Shown: positions 39,071 to 48,575 of the stretch, piece after piece | Numbering within the stretch: position 1 is the stretch's first letter | Layout of the letters: every line of letters starts with the position of its first letter | The notes under the pieces: model-generated | Told to the model about the DNA's origin: nothing | What the model saw: the letters and a program-made list of their open reading frames with translations, nothing else | Databases searched by the model: none | Made by a program: the position numbers and the translations under genes | NCBI GenBank assembly: GCA_026004395.1 | Contig: BPJB01000001.1 | Coordinates: 905,226 to 969,225, forward strand | Direction: 5' to 3' | DNA length: 64,000 nt | DNA from: Patescibacteria group bacterium | Lineage (GTDB): Bacteria; Patescibacteriota; Microgenomatia; Levybacterales; UBA12049

Positions 39071-42000
39071 TTGGTCATCCTCAATGAAACTGGTGATCAG
39101 GCCATACTCACTGCCAGTAAGTCAGGATCAACCAAGTTCCTCATTGACAACAACGGCAATGTTGGCATTGGCACCACTACTATCACCCCAGGCTTCACCT
39201 TCGACAATATCGGACGCGGCAGATTCTCAACAGGTCTATCAATCGGCACAACTGCCACCACCAACACACTCGAACTCTCAGGTACTCTCAACCAAACCTC
39301 AGGTCAAGTAACCTTCGGTGGAAACGTAGATGCTACATCAGGTCTTGACGTCACAGGTGCCTCCCTCACCGTTGGAGGATCAGCCTTCACAGTCACCACC
39401 GCTGGAGTCATAACTGGTACATCCCAAACACTCACCTCAACAGGCAACGCCCTCACACTCTCTGGTGCTGGTGCCAATATATCCTTCAGCGGTGCTGGTC
39501 TTGCCCAAATCACAACAGCTGCCTCCCAACACCTCGCCCTCATGCCAGGCGGCAACGTGGGTATTGGGACGACAACACCCCAAATGAAACTCGATGTAGC
39601 AGGAGCAATAGGAATATCAGGCACAACTGTCATTGATGCATCAAGAAACCTAACCAACATCGCAGGAGTATCAACACACCTTAACCCAACAACTGCCAAC
39701 ACCTACAACCTAGGAACAGGAACTGGCAATCAATACCTCAACCTCTACGCACAAAACATCTACCAAAATGGTATAGCAGTCTGTGACGCCAATGGCAACA
39801 ACTGCCCAACAGGTGGCAACGCTGGACCATGGACAGAAACAGCAGGCATTGTCTACCTAGACACCACCTCCAACAAAGTCTCAATAGGTGACACAACAAC
39901 AGAACACAAACTAGAAGTAGAAGGAGCAATCACCGGCAAAGCACTAGTCTCCCTCTGGGAAAAAGGTGATCAGGACATCTTAGTAGCCTCCAACTCTGCT
40001 ACCCCCACCAACGTCTTCAGAATTACCAATAACGGCTCAATTATCAGCAATGGCACTATTACCGCATCAACCACTAATACCATCAATAGTCTATCCATCA
40101 ACAATGCATCCATCACCAACGCAGTTAATCTAACAGCATCAGGAACAATCACCTTCTCAGGATTAACTCCCAACAGATTAGTCACCACTGATCCCTCATC
40201 CAATCTCACCACCTCCATCTCCTCAGCCAACGTCGCTGCATCAGTAACTGACGAAACAGGAACTGGCAATCTAGTCTTTAACACCTCACCCTCATTCACA
40301 ACCAGCATCACAACAGGATCAACCTCCTTCTCCCTCCTCAATACAACAGCAACTACCATCAACGCCTTCGGTGCAGCAACAACACTGAATATAGGAGCAA
40401 ACTCCGGAACCTTAACACTTGGCAATCCAACTGTTGTTGGCACTCAAACAACTCAAAATCTCTGGAATACCACTGCCACAACCATCAACTTTGCAGGAGC
40501 AGCAACTACTTTGAATATGGGAGCCTCTTCTGGAACAACAACCATCAACAATGCCACTCTCTCTCTACCTAATGCCACCTCAGTCAATATCGCAGGAGCA
40601 TCAGCTATCATCAACCTCTCCTCCTCAACTGGTGCCAAACAAATACAAACAGGTGGAACTACCAACTTAGCCCTCATGCCAGGCGGCAACGTCGGCATCG
40701 GGACGACGAATCCGGGGGCTAAACTTGAAGTTAACGGAACTAGTGATATTGTTCAACTGAAGGTAAAACCAAATGGAAGTCAAACAGCTAATCTTATCGA
40801 AGTTGGAACAGGTAACTTAACCTTTGCCATAAATGGATCCAATAATGTCGCTGTCTCTACTCTTCCTTCAACTGATACCTTCCTAAGAGTCGGTTCTACA
40901 GGATATATCTCATTTAACTCATCTTCTGCTGTCTATGGTATTACTACCACTCCTGTTAACTTTGGTTCAGGAAACGTAGTTGGTATCAGCGCAGGTCCTG
41001 TTACAAATAACTCAGGCGCTGTTTCTGCAATAACAAGTATCTATGGAAGTGTGCGCACAGCGGGTGGAGTATCCAATATTGTAGCAGCAGGAAAAATTTT
41101 TGAAGCTGGTTCCCCTACGATTTCATCAGGTGGTATTACTACTCTTACAGGACTTTATATCAATCAACAAAAAGTAAGTGGTGTGACAACTGGTTATGGT
41201 ATCTATCAAGTATCCTCTGCAGACCTGAATTACTTCGCTGGCAACGTCGGCATCGGGACGACAGCACCAGTCCACAAACTAGAACTAGCTACCCATACAA
41301 CAGCAGCTGGTGGTATAGGTTTTGGCACTGATGTAGAACTCTACAGAGGAGCTGCTAACACACTCTACCTTGCCTCTGGTGACTCTCTCAACTTAGTATC
41401 CGGCAATCTACAAGTTGCTGGTACAACAGTTATCACCAGTGGTAGGATCATCCAGGCTGCCAATGGATCTGCTGCCTCACCCTCATTCACCTTCGCCTCC
41501 GACACCAACACAGGCATATTTGGAACTGGCGCTGATGTACTTGCTCTCTCAACTGCTGGAGTAGAGAGACTAAGAGTTGATGCCAGCGGCAATGTGGGTA
41601 TAAACACCACCTCACCCTCCTATAAACTAGACGTCCAAGGTGGATCAGGCATAGTAGCTCAGTTTAGTGGCAGAGTCATAGGCGCTGATGCTATCAACAC
41701 CAATGAGTTCGTAACTCTAGGTCAACTCCAAGGAGGCAGTGGATCCCTCTGGCTTGATGGTGGAGATTATCTATATCCTAACTCCTCCTTTGCCACCAAT
41801 GTCATGGTACCATCAGGAAGACTAGGTATAGGTCTAACATCTACTCCTTTCAAATTAGAAATCAATGGCAATGATCCCGGCAAAGCCCTAGTCTCCCTCA
41901 ACTACACTGGCACTGATCAAAACATCTTAGTTGCCTCTCAATCTGGAAATCTAAAGTTTGCTGTAGGATACAATGGCAATATCACATCAGCAACTGGTAC

Positions 42001-45000
42001 CCAATGGCTTCCCACCTCAGATTCAACCACTGCTTTGAATATTGCCAATGCTGCAGGAACTTCATTCGTCACCTTTGACAGTACTAATCAACGTGTTGGA
42101 ATTGGGACTACAGCACCAACTACCAAGTTAGAACTAGGCAGTGGTCAATTAGCAGTACCACTAGGATCAGCTACAACTCCATCCTACACCTTCAGCGGAG
42201 ATCTCAATACCGGAATCTGGTCATCAGGAGCAGACACTCTCAACTTCTCCACAGGAGGATCTGAAAGAATAAGAATTATCAGCAACGGCAACGTCGGCAT
42301 CGGGACGACGGGACCTACGGCAAAACTACAAATTGAAGGCTCTGGGGCAAATATATTCCTTAGCAACACGACCTCAAAGTATATCACTTTTGGAGCAGCC
42401 GGCTTTGCTCCTCCTGCTATAGATAGTGCCGGAACCAAATTAATCCTTTACGGTAGTGCCAATAATAATACTAATAACCCAAGATATGCGATGGGGATTG
42501 CACCATCAGAATTGTGGTATTCAAGTGGAGGTGTGCATAGGTGGTATACAGAAAGCGCAGGAACATGGACACCAAGGATGACAATAGATACCTCCGGCAA
42601 CGTCGGCATCGGGACGACAGCTCCTCTTGAAAAACTAGATGTATCAGGAAATGCAACAGTCTCTGGCAATCTCACCTTCTCTGGAGCAAGAACAATCGCC
42701 TCAAGAGCATTCACTCAACTAACCATTGGTGATACCCAAACTGGAAATATCCTTTTCTCACCAGCATCTGGAAAACAAATAATGTTCTTCTCCTCATCCA
42801 ACTACATAGACTCCTCTGGAAACCTTGTTCTCGCTGGCACAACAGGCATCACAGCATCAGGAACAGGTGCTGGTCTTAATTTCTCAGGCACTGGAACCCA
42901 TATCATCCAAGCAAGCGCTGGCACTCTCCAAATCAACGCCTTCACTCTAGGAGGAGCCATAACAGGCAACAACCAAAACATCTCCAGCATCGGCAACATC
43001 ACAGCCAATACCAGTGCCAATACCATAACAGGATTTGGTACTATTGGAACATCAGGTACTACAGCATTCCAAGGTATAACAGCAACACTCAATGGTACTG
43101 GCAACGCTCTCACCCTCTCTGGTGCTGGCGCCAACATCGCCTTTACTGGTGCTGGTCTTGCACAGATCACAACAGCTGCCTCCCAACACCTCGCCCTCAT
43201 GCCAGGCGGCAACGTCGGTATAAACACCACCTCACCCTCCTACAAACTAGACGTCCAAGGTGGATCAGGCATAGTAGCTCAGTTTAGTGGCAGAGTCATA
43301 GGCGCTGATGCTATCAACACCAATGAGTTCGTAACTCTAGGTCAACTCCAAGGAGGCAGTGGATCCCTCTGGCTTGATGGTGGAGACTATCTCTACCCCA
43401 ACTCCTCCTTTGCCACCAATGTCATGGTACCATCAGGAAGACTAGGTGTTGGTCTCTCCTCCACTCCCTTCAAACTGGAAATAACAGGTGCTGATGCTGG
43501 CAAAGCTCTAGCTTCCTTCAACTACACAGGCACTGATCAGAACATCCTTGTTGCTTCACAATCTGGCACACTCAAATTTGCTGTTGGATACAATGGCAAC
43601 ATCACCTCTGCAACAGGTACCAAATGGCTACCTACCTCAGACTCAACCACTGCTTTGAATATAGCCAACTCCTCTGGTACCTCCTTCGTCACCTTTGACA
43701 CTACCAATCAGAGAGTTGGAATTGGGACGACGGCACCTGGAGCAACATTAGACGTATCTGGGACTGATACTTTATTGCAAGATATAAGGTTTGTAGAAGC
43801 AAGCGGAATTAACTATATCCAAAGTACTAACAATAGAGGAGCAAACACATGGCAACCTCTCCACATTGGTGCTGGTTACAGTGGAAGCGATATTAAATTA
43901 GCAATAGACTCTACAGGCAACGTCGGCATCGGGACAACGGGACCGGGACAAAGATTAGATGTACAAGCTTCTGGAACAAATGATGATAGTATAAGACTCA
44001 CCACTGGAAATGCAGATGGTGGTTTACGCTTGAAAAATACTGGCACCGGCGGAGTTGAGTGGTTTATTGATTCTACATCAGGCTCAAGTGGTTACGGACA
44101 AGGAAAACTTGCGTTCGTACCAAATGTTGGGAGCACTCCAACAATGACATTAAGTGGCAGCAACGTAGGTATAAGCACCACAGCTCCAGGGGCATTACTG
44201 GATGTTAGAGGCAACGTTAGATTTCTTTCACAGACCAATAATTATTATCGTACATTTTTTGAAGCTACTACTGAAGGCGGATGGAATTTTCCGTCAATGA
44301 TAGTAGGACAACAAAGAGGAATTGTTATAAAAGATCGATCTGGACTAAGCGGAGGATTATGGCTAAATGGAGGAGATTATAATGCCATTGGTTCAAGAGG
44401 CGGAATAGGAGTTGGTTTAGTTACTGATCTTGGAACATATTTTGCATTAACCTCTTCATCTTCATTCATTAGATTTCACGATGGACAAATTATATTTTAT
44501 GGTAATACAGGATTAACCCCAGGATCAACGTTTTCGCCAACAGAACGTATACGTATTGATGCAACCGGCAACGTCGGCATCGGGACGACGAATCCAACAG
44601 AAAAATTAGAAGTAGTCGGAGATGTGAGGCTTAGGTCTGATAGTGATGTAAATACAAGTGTAGGATCTGGAGTATTGCAAATTTTAAACTCTGGGGGCAC
44701 AGCTGGTATTCATCTTGATGCTAACGAAATCCAAGCTATAGGAAATGATCTCCATATCAACAATGATAATCAAGTTAATACACATATTAACAACTTAGTT
44801 CACATAACTACAGGCGGCAACGTCGGCATCGGGACGACGGGTCCGGTAGCGAAGTTGGATGTGGCAGGATTAATAAAAGGTTCAAGTGGTTTTAGCTCCG
44901 ATGGTACAGCGAAAGTATTAACATACAGGTTGTCGAATTCAACCACAAATAGTGGCGATAGGTATATTGGAAGATTTACCGGCTCTCAATCTAACAGAAT

Positions 45001-47911
45001 AAAAATTACTATCATTGGTCAGGACGGATATAGTGGCTCTTCGCTTGGTAGAGAAACGGTAATTTATGGACAGTTTAATAATAATAATGATTTAGAGGGT
45101 CAATGGTACAACCTTGGTGGTTCAAATGGGGGAGCAATAACAGATGTTAAAGTGGAAGATATGGGTGCCAATGATTTCAAAATATACATTACTCATGGAC
45201 AATATTTTGAAGCAGTAGTAACAGTTGAAATAAGCGGTGGAACATTTACACCAGCTGACTCTCTTACTTCACCAACTGCTTACACTTCGCTTACAAAGCA
45301 ATTTATAGTCTTAGCAAATACTGGTATTGGATATGAAAATCCAGGTACGGCGAAATTGGCAATAAATGGCAACGTCGGCATCGGGACGACGAATCCTTCT
45401 TACAAACTTGATGTTCAAGGAGGATCTGGAATTGTTGCTCAGTTCTCAGGAAGAGTCATAGGCGCTGATGCTGTCAACACCAATGAGTTTGTTACTCTAG
45501 GTCAACTCCAAGGTGGCAGTGGATCCCTCTGGCTTGATGGTGGAGACTATCTCTACCCCAACTCCTCCTTTGCCACCAATGTCATGGTACCATCAGGAAG
45601 ACTAGGTATAGGTCTAACATCTACTCCTTTCAAATTAGAGATCAGTGGCAATGATCCCGGCAAAGCCCTAGTCTCCCTCAACTACACTGGCACTGATCAA
45701 AACATCTTAGTTGCCTCTCAATCTGGAAATCTAAAGTTTGCTGTAGGATACAATGGCAATATCACATCAGCAACTGGTACCCAATGGCTTCCCACCTCAG
45801 ACTCAACCACTGCTTTGAATATTGCCAATGCTGCAGGAACTTCATTCGTCACCTTTGACAGTACTAATCAACGTGTTGGTATTGGGACTACAGCACCAAC
45901 TACCAAGTTAGAACTAGGCAGTGGTCAATTAGCAGTACCACTAGGATCAGCTACAACTCCATCCTACACCTTCAGCGGAGATCTCAATACCGGAATCTGG
46001 TCATCAGGAGCAGACACTCTCAACTTCTCCACAGGAGGATCTGAAAGAATAAGAATTATCAGCAACGGCAACGTCGGCATCGGGACGACAGCACCAGTCC
46101 ACAAACTAGAACTAGCTACCCATACAACAGCAGCTGGTGGTATAGGTTTTGGCACTGATGTAGAACTCTACAGAGGAGCTGCTAACACACTCTACCTTGC
46201 CTCTGGTGACTCTCTCAACTTAGTATCCGGCAATCTACAAGTTGCTGGTACAACAGTTATCACCAGTGGTAGGATCATCCAGGCTGCCAATGGATCTGCT
46301 GCCTCACCCTCATTCACCTTCGCCTCCGACACCAACACAGGCATATTTGGAACTGGCGCTGATGTACTTGCCATCTCAACTGCTGGAGTAGAGAGACTAA
46401 GAGTTGATGCCAGCGGCAATGTGGGTATAAACACCACCTCACCCTCCTATAAACTAGACGTCCAAGGTGGATCAGGCATAGTAGCTCAGTTTAGTGGCAG
46501 AGTCATAGGCGCTGATGCTATCAACACCAATGAGTTCGTAACTCTAGGTCAACTCCAAGGAGGCAGTGGATCCCTCTGGCTTGATGGTGGAGACTATCTC
46601 TACCCCAACTCCTCCTTTGCCACCAATGTCATGGTACCATCAGGAAGACTAGGTATAGGTCTAACATCTACTCCTTTCAAATTAGAAATCAATGGCAATG
46701 ATCCCGGCAAAGCCCTAGTCTCCCTCAACTACACTGGCACTGATCAAAACATCTTAGTTGCCTCTCAATCTGGAAATCTAAAGTTTGCTGTAGGATACAA
46801 TGGCAATATCACATCAGCAACTGGTACCCAATGGCTTCCCACCTCAGATTCAACCACTGCTTTGAATATTGCCAATGCTGCAGGAACTTCATTCGTCACC
46901 TTTGACAGTACTAATCAACGTGTTGGAATTGGGACTACAGCACCAACTACCAAGTTAGAACTAGGCAGTGGTCAATTAGCAGTACCACTAGGATCAGCTA
47001 CAACTCCATCCTACACCTTCAGCGGAGATCTCAATACCGGAATCTGGTCATCAGGAGCAGACACTCTCAACTTCTCCACAGGAGGATCTGAAAGAATAAG
47101 AATTATCAGCAACGGCAACGTCGGCATCGGGACGACGAATCCAGGGGCGAAACTAGAAATTTCAAATGGAACAATTGGTATACAAGTTGCTCCAGGACTA
47201 TATTGGAATGGTAGTTCTATGGTTTCAGATAATAACTGGGTTAATTTTGATATTCCAGGCACTAAAAACGTTAACTTTTCAGATAATTTTATAGTAACCG
47301 GTGGCAACGTCGGCATCGGGACGACGAGTCCTGAAGCCAAACTTAATGTCCAAGGTGGAAGTATAAGAGTTGGATCCTCTTCAGGAAATTATGAAGAGAT
47401 TACGGGTGGCGATATTGGTATAAGACATCGCTGGGTAAACGATCCTGCAGACAACTATAGATTTTGGCTAGCAGCTAACGCAGGTATTGCCCTCGGGCTT
47501 ACTGGTAATGACGGTGGCGCCCTACGACTTGCAGATAGCGGAGCAAATACAGTGACTTTCTATGTCAAACAAAGTGGTATAGGAATTCTAAGAGCTAGTA
47601 GCAATGATGTCCTTGCTTTTACCTCTTCCGGCAACGTCGGCATCGGGACAACAGTACCAGCGTATAAATTGGATGTTGTTGGAGAGATTAGGGCATTTGG
47701 TAGTGGAGATACAAGATACAGAGTATATTCTAGTGGGACTACTGGTTGGGTAGGTTACGAATTAAGATCAAGCGGTTTAGATGCATTTGCTGGTGGTATA
47801 TTTAGAAACAATGCTGATAATAACAGAGTATCTATTTGGTCTAAAAATCAAGAAGCAATAAGTATTTTAGATTCCGGCAACGTCGGCATCGGGACGACGG
47901 GACCGGGGTAG
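39071..47911 (+). CDS. giant fibre protein 2 (at least 2946 aa) built from tail-fibre-like repeats; the frame is open from 38984, has no ATG, and uses a TTG at 39071
   Basis: About 20 repeats containing GNVGIGTT(A/S/G/N)P..KL(D/E)V, long Gly/Thr/Ala/Ser-rich beta-strand-type sequence. The reading frame continues upstream of the annotated start to a TAG at 38981-38983, which suggests former continuity with ORF 1. Confidence 0.75.
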   Translation: MVILNETGDQAILTASKSGSTKFLIDNNGNVGIGTTTITPGFTFDNIGRGRFSTGLSIGTTATTNTLELSGTLNQTSGQVTFGGNVDATSGLDVTGASLTVGGSAFTVTTAGVITGTSQTLTSTGNALTLSGAGANISFSGAGLAQITTAASQHLALMPGGNVGIGTTTPQMKLDVAGAIGISGTTVIDASRNLTNIAGVSTHLNPTTANTYNLGTGTGNQYLNLYAQNIYQNGIAVCDANGNNCPTGGNAGPWTETAGIVYLDTTSNKVSIGDTTTEHKLEVEGAITGKALVSLWEKGDQDILVASNSATPTNVFRITNNGSIISNGTITASTTNTINSLSINNASITNAVNLTASGTITFSGLTPNRLVTTDPSSNLTTSISSANVAASVTDETGTGNLVFNTSPSFTTSITTGSTSFSLLNTTATTINAFGAATTLNIGANSGTLTLGNPTVVGTQTTQNLWNTTATTINFAGAATTLNMGASSGTTTINNATLSLPNATSVNIAGASAIINLSSSTGAKQIQTGGTTNLALMPGGNVGIGTTNPGAKLEVNGTSDIVQLKVKPNGSQTANLIEVGTGNLTFAINGSNNVAVSTLPSTDTFLRVGSTGYISFNSSSAVYGITTTPVNFGSGNVVGISAGPVTNNSGAVSAITSIYGSVRTAGGVSNIVAAGKIFEAGSPTISSGGITTLTGLYINQQKVSGVTTGYGIYQVSSADLNYFAGNVGIGTTAPVHKLELATHTTAAGGIGFGTDVELYRGAANTLYLASGDSLNLVSGNLQVAGTTVITSGRIIQAANGSAASPSFTFASDTNTGIFGTGADVLALSTAGVERLRVDASGNVGINTTSPSYKLDVQGGSGIVAQFSGRVIGADAINTNEFVTLGQLQGGSGSLWLDGGDYLYPNSSFATNVMVPSGRLGIGLTSTPFKLEINGNDPGKALVSLNYTGTDQNILVASQSGNLKFAVGYNGNITSATGTQWLPTSDSTTALNIANAAGTSFVTFDSTNQRVGIGTTAPTTKLELGSGQLAVPLGSATTPSYTFSGDLNTGIWSSGADTLNFSTGGSERIRIISNGNVGIGTTGPTAKLQIEGSGANIFLSNTTSKYITFGAAGFAPPAIDSAGTKLILYGSANNNTNNPRYAMGIAPSELWYSSGGVHRWYTESAGTWTPRMTIDTSGNVGIGTTAPLEKLDVSGNATVSGNLTFSGARTIASRAFTQLTIGDTQTGNILFSPASGKQIMFFSSSNYIDSSGNLVLAGTTGITASGTGAGLNFSGTGTHIIQASAGTLQINAFTLGGAITGNNQNISSIGNITANTSANTITGFGTIGTSGTTAFQGITATLNGTGNALTLSGAGANIAFTGAGLAQITTAASQHLALMPGGNVGINTTSPSYKLDVQGGSGIVAQFSGRVIGADAINTNEFVTLGQLQGGSGSLWLDGGDYLYPNSSFATNVMVPSGRLGVGLSSTPFKLEITGADAGKALASFNYTGTDQNILVASQSGTLKFAVGYNGNITSATGTKWLPTSDSTTALNIANSSGTSFVTFDTTNQRVGIGTTAPGATLDVSGTDTLLQDIRFVEASGINYIQSTNNRGANTWQPLHIGAGYSGSDIKLAIDSTGNVGIGTTGPGQRLDVQASGTNDDSIRLTTGNADGGLRLKNTGTGGVEWFIDSTSGSSGYGQGKLAFVPNVGSTPTMTLSGSNVGISTTAPGALLDVRGNVRFLSQTNNYYRTFFEATTEGGWNFPSMIVGQQRGIVIKDRSGLSGGLWLNGGDYNAIGSRGGIGVGLVTDLGTYFALTSSSSFIRFHDGQIIFYGNTGLTPGSTFSPTERIRIDATGNVGIGTTNPTEKLEVVGDVRLRSDSDVNTSVGSGVLQILNSGGTAGIHLDANEIQAIGNDLHINNDNQVNTHINNLVHITTGGNVGIGTTGPVAKLDVAGLIKGSSGFSSDGTAKVLTYRLSNSTTNSGDRYIGRFTGSQSNRIKITIIGQDGYSGSSLGRETVIYGQFNNNNDLEGQWYNLGGSNGGAITDVKVEDMGANDFKIYITHGQYFEAVVTVEISGGTFTPADSLTSPTAYTSLTKQFIVLANTGIGYENPGTAKLAINGNVGIGTTNPSYKLDVQGGSGIVAQFSGRVIGADAVNTNEFVTLGQLQGGSGSLWLDGGDYLYPNSSFATNVMVPSGRLGIGLTSTPFKLEISGNDPGKALVSLNYTGTDQNILVASQSGNLKFAVGYNGNITSATGTQWLPTSDSTTALNIANAAGTSFVTFDSTNQRVGIGTTAPTTKLELGSGQLAVPLGSATTPSYTFSGDLNTGIWSSGADTLNFSTGGSERIRIISNGNVGIGTTAPVHKLELATHTTAAGGIGFGTDVELYRGAANTLYLASGDSLNLVSGNLQVAGTTVITSGRIIQAANGSAASPSFTFASDTNTGIFGTGADVLAISTAGVERLRVDASGNVGINTTSPSYKLDVQGGSGIVAQFSGRVIGADAINTNEFVTLGQLQGGSGSLWLDGGDYLYPNSSFATNVMVPSGRLGIGLTSTPFKLEINGNDPGKALVSLNYTGTDQNILVASQSGNLKFAVGYNGNITSATGTQWLPTSDSTTALNIANAAGTSFVTFDSTNQRVGIGTTAPTTKLELGSGQLAVPLGSATTPSYTFSGDLNTGIWSSGADTLNFSTGGSERIRIISNGNVGIGTTNPGAKLEISNGTIGIQVAPGLYWNGSSMVSDNNWVNFDIPGTKNVNFSDNFIVTGGNVGIGTTSPEAKLNVQGGSIRVGSSSGNYEEITGGDIGIRHRWVNDPADNYRFWLAANAGIALGLTGNDGGALRLADSGANTVTFYVKQSGIGILRASSNDVLAFTSSGNVGIGTTVPAYKLDVVGEIRAFGSGDTRYRVYSSGTTGWVGYELRSSGLDAFAGGIFRNNADNNRVSIWSKNQEAISILDSGNVGIGTTGPG
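41240..42310 (+). repeat. 1.07-kb direct repeat inside giant gene 2 (copy A; copy B at 46066-47137, about 99% identical)
   Basis: Read directly: both copies begin GGCAACGTCGGCATCGGGACGACAGCACCAGTCCACAAACTAGAACTAGCTACCCATACAACAGCAGCTGG and end ...AGAATAAGAATTATCAGCAACGGCAACGTCGGCATCGGGACGACG. Only a handful of synonymous differences, for example GATTATCTATATCCTAAC versus GACTATCTCTACCCCAAC. Confidence 0.85.
45364..46088 (+). repeat. third copy (about 700 bp) of the distal part of the 1.07-kb repeat
   Basis: 45430-46076 matches 41650-42300 and 46475-47125 almost exactly (..GTCATAGGCGCTGATGCT[G/A]TCAACACCAATGAGTT..). Confidence 0.8.
46066..47137 (+). repeat. 1.07-kb direct repeat inside giant gene 2 (copy B)
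   Basis: See copy A at 41240-42310. Confidence 0.85.
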
Positions 47912-48575
47912 AAACTTCATGTAATCGGAAACTACAACAGATAACTAATGATTTAGAAGCTATTGACCCCAGCAACCGTATTCTTTGTAGCATCAAATGA
48001 TACTCTATCAACTACATGGCTCATCGGTAAAAACTCCAGGAATCAATTAATACTTAAAGATAAAGATCCAAATACTACTCTTACTGGTCAACGGCAGGCA
48101 CAGTTGCACTTTCAAACACACAACGGCACTGATTGATGGAACTGAATATAATTTTGCAACAGCTGCATTAACTAGTACAAGCGACTACTGTTGTGATTGA
48201 AATTACTAATCCCAATGGCCTTAACGCAGTTTACTCAAATGCAGCATGGTTTACGAGTGTTTTCTTTAGGAACAATTATGCCACAGCTCTATAACAGTTG
48301 ACGCACGTTATGATGGACATCCAGGATCCTATCAAACAATTTGGTCAACAACAACAAACGATCAAAGAACATGGCTAAGTTCAGCTGTCACGACCACGCT
48401 CACGGGATGACAGTCCCAGAAAATCACATCGTTGGTGGATCACTTACCTTGGTACCAGCGCTGGAGTCCACTTAACTACGGATGGACTCCAAACAGTAGA
48501 ACGGCAACTATCTCAGTATGCTCTTGAACTAGGAACAACATTTTATCGGTCATCAACTTTCCTACTGGTAGCTGC
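47912..48575 (+). pseudogene. degenerate, stop-riddled remnant of fibre-repeat coding sequence between giant ORFs 2 and 3
   Basis: Directly after the TAG at 47909-47911 the sequence still encodes KLHVIGNYNR, the same KLHVIG motif that ends ORF 1. It then gives protein-like translation interrupted by many stops in all frames. Confidence 0.4.
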
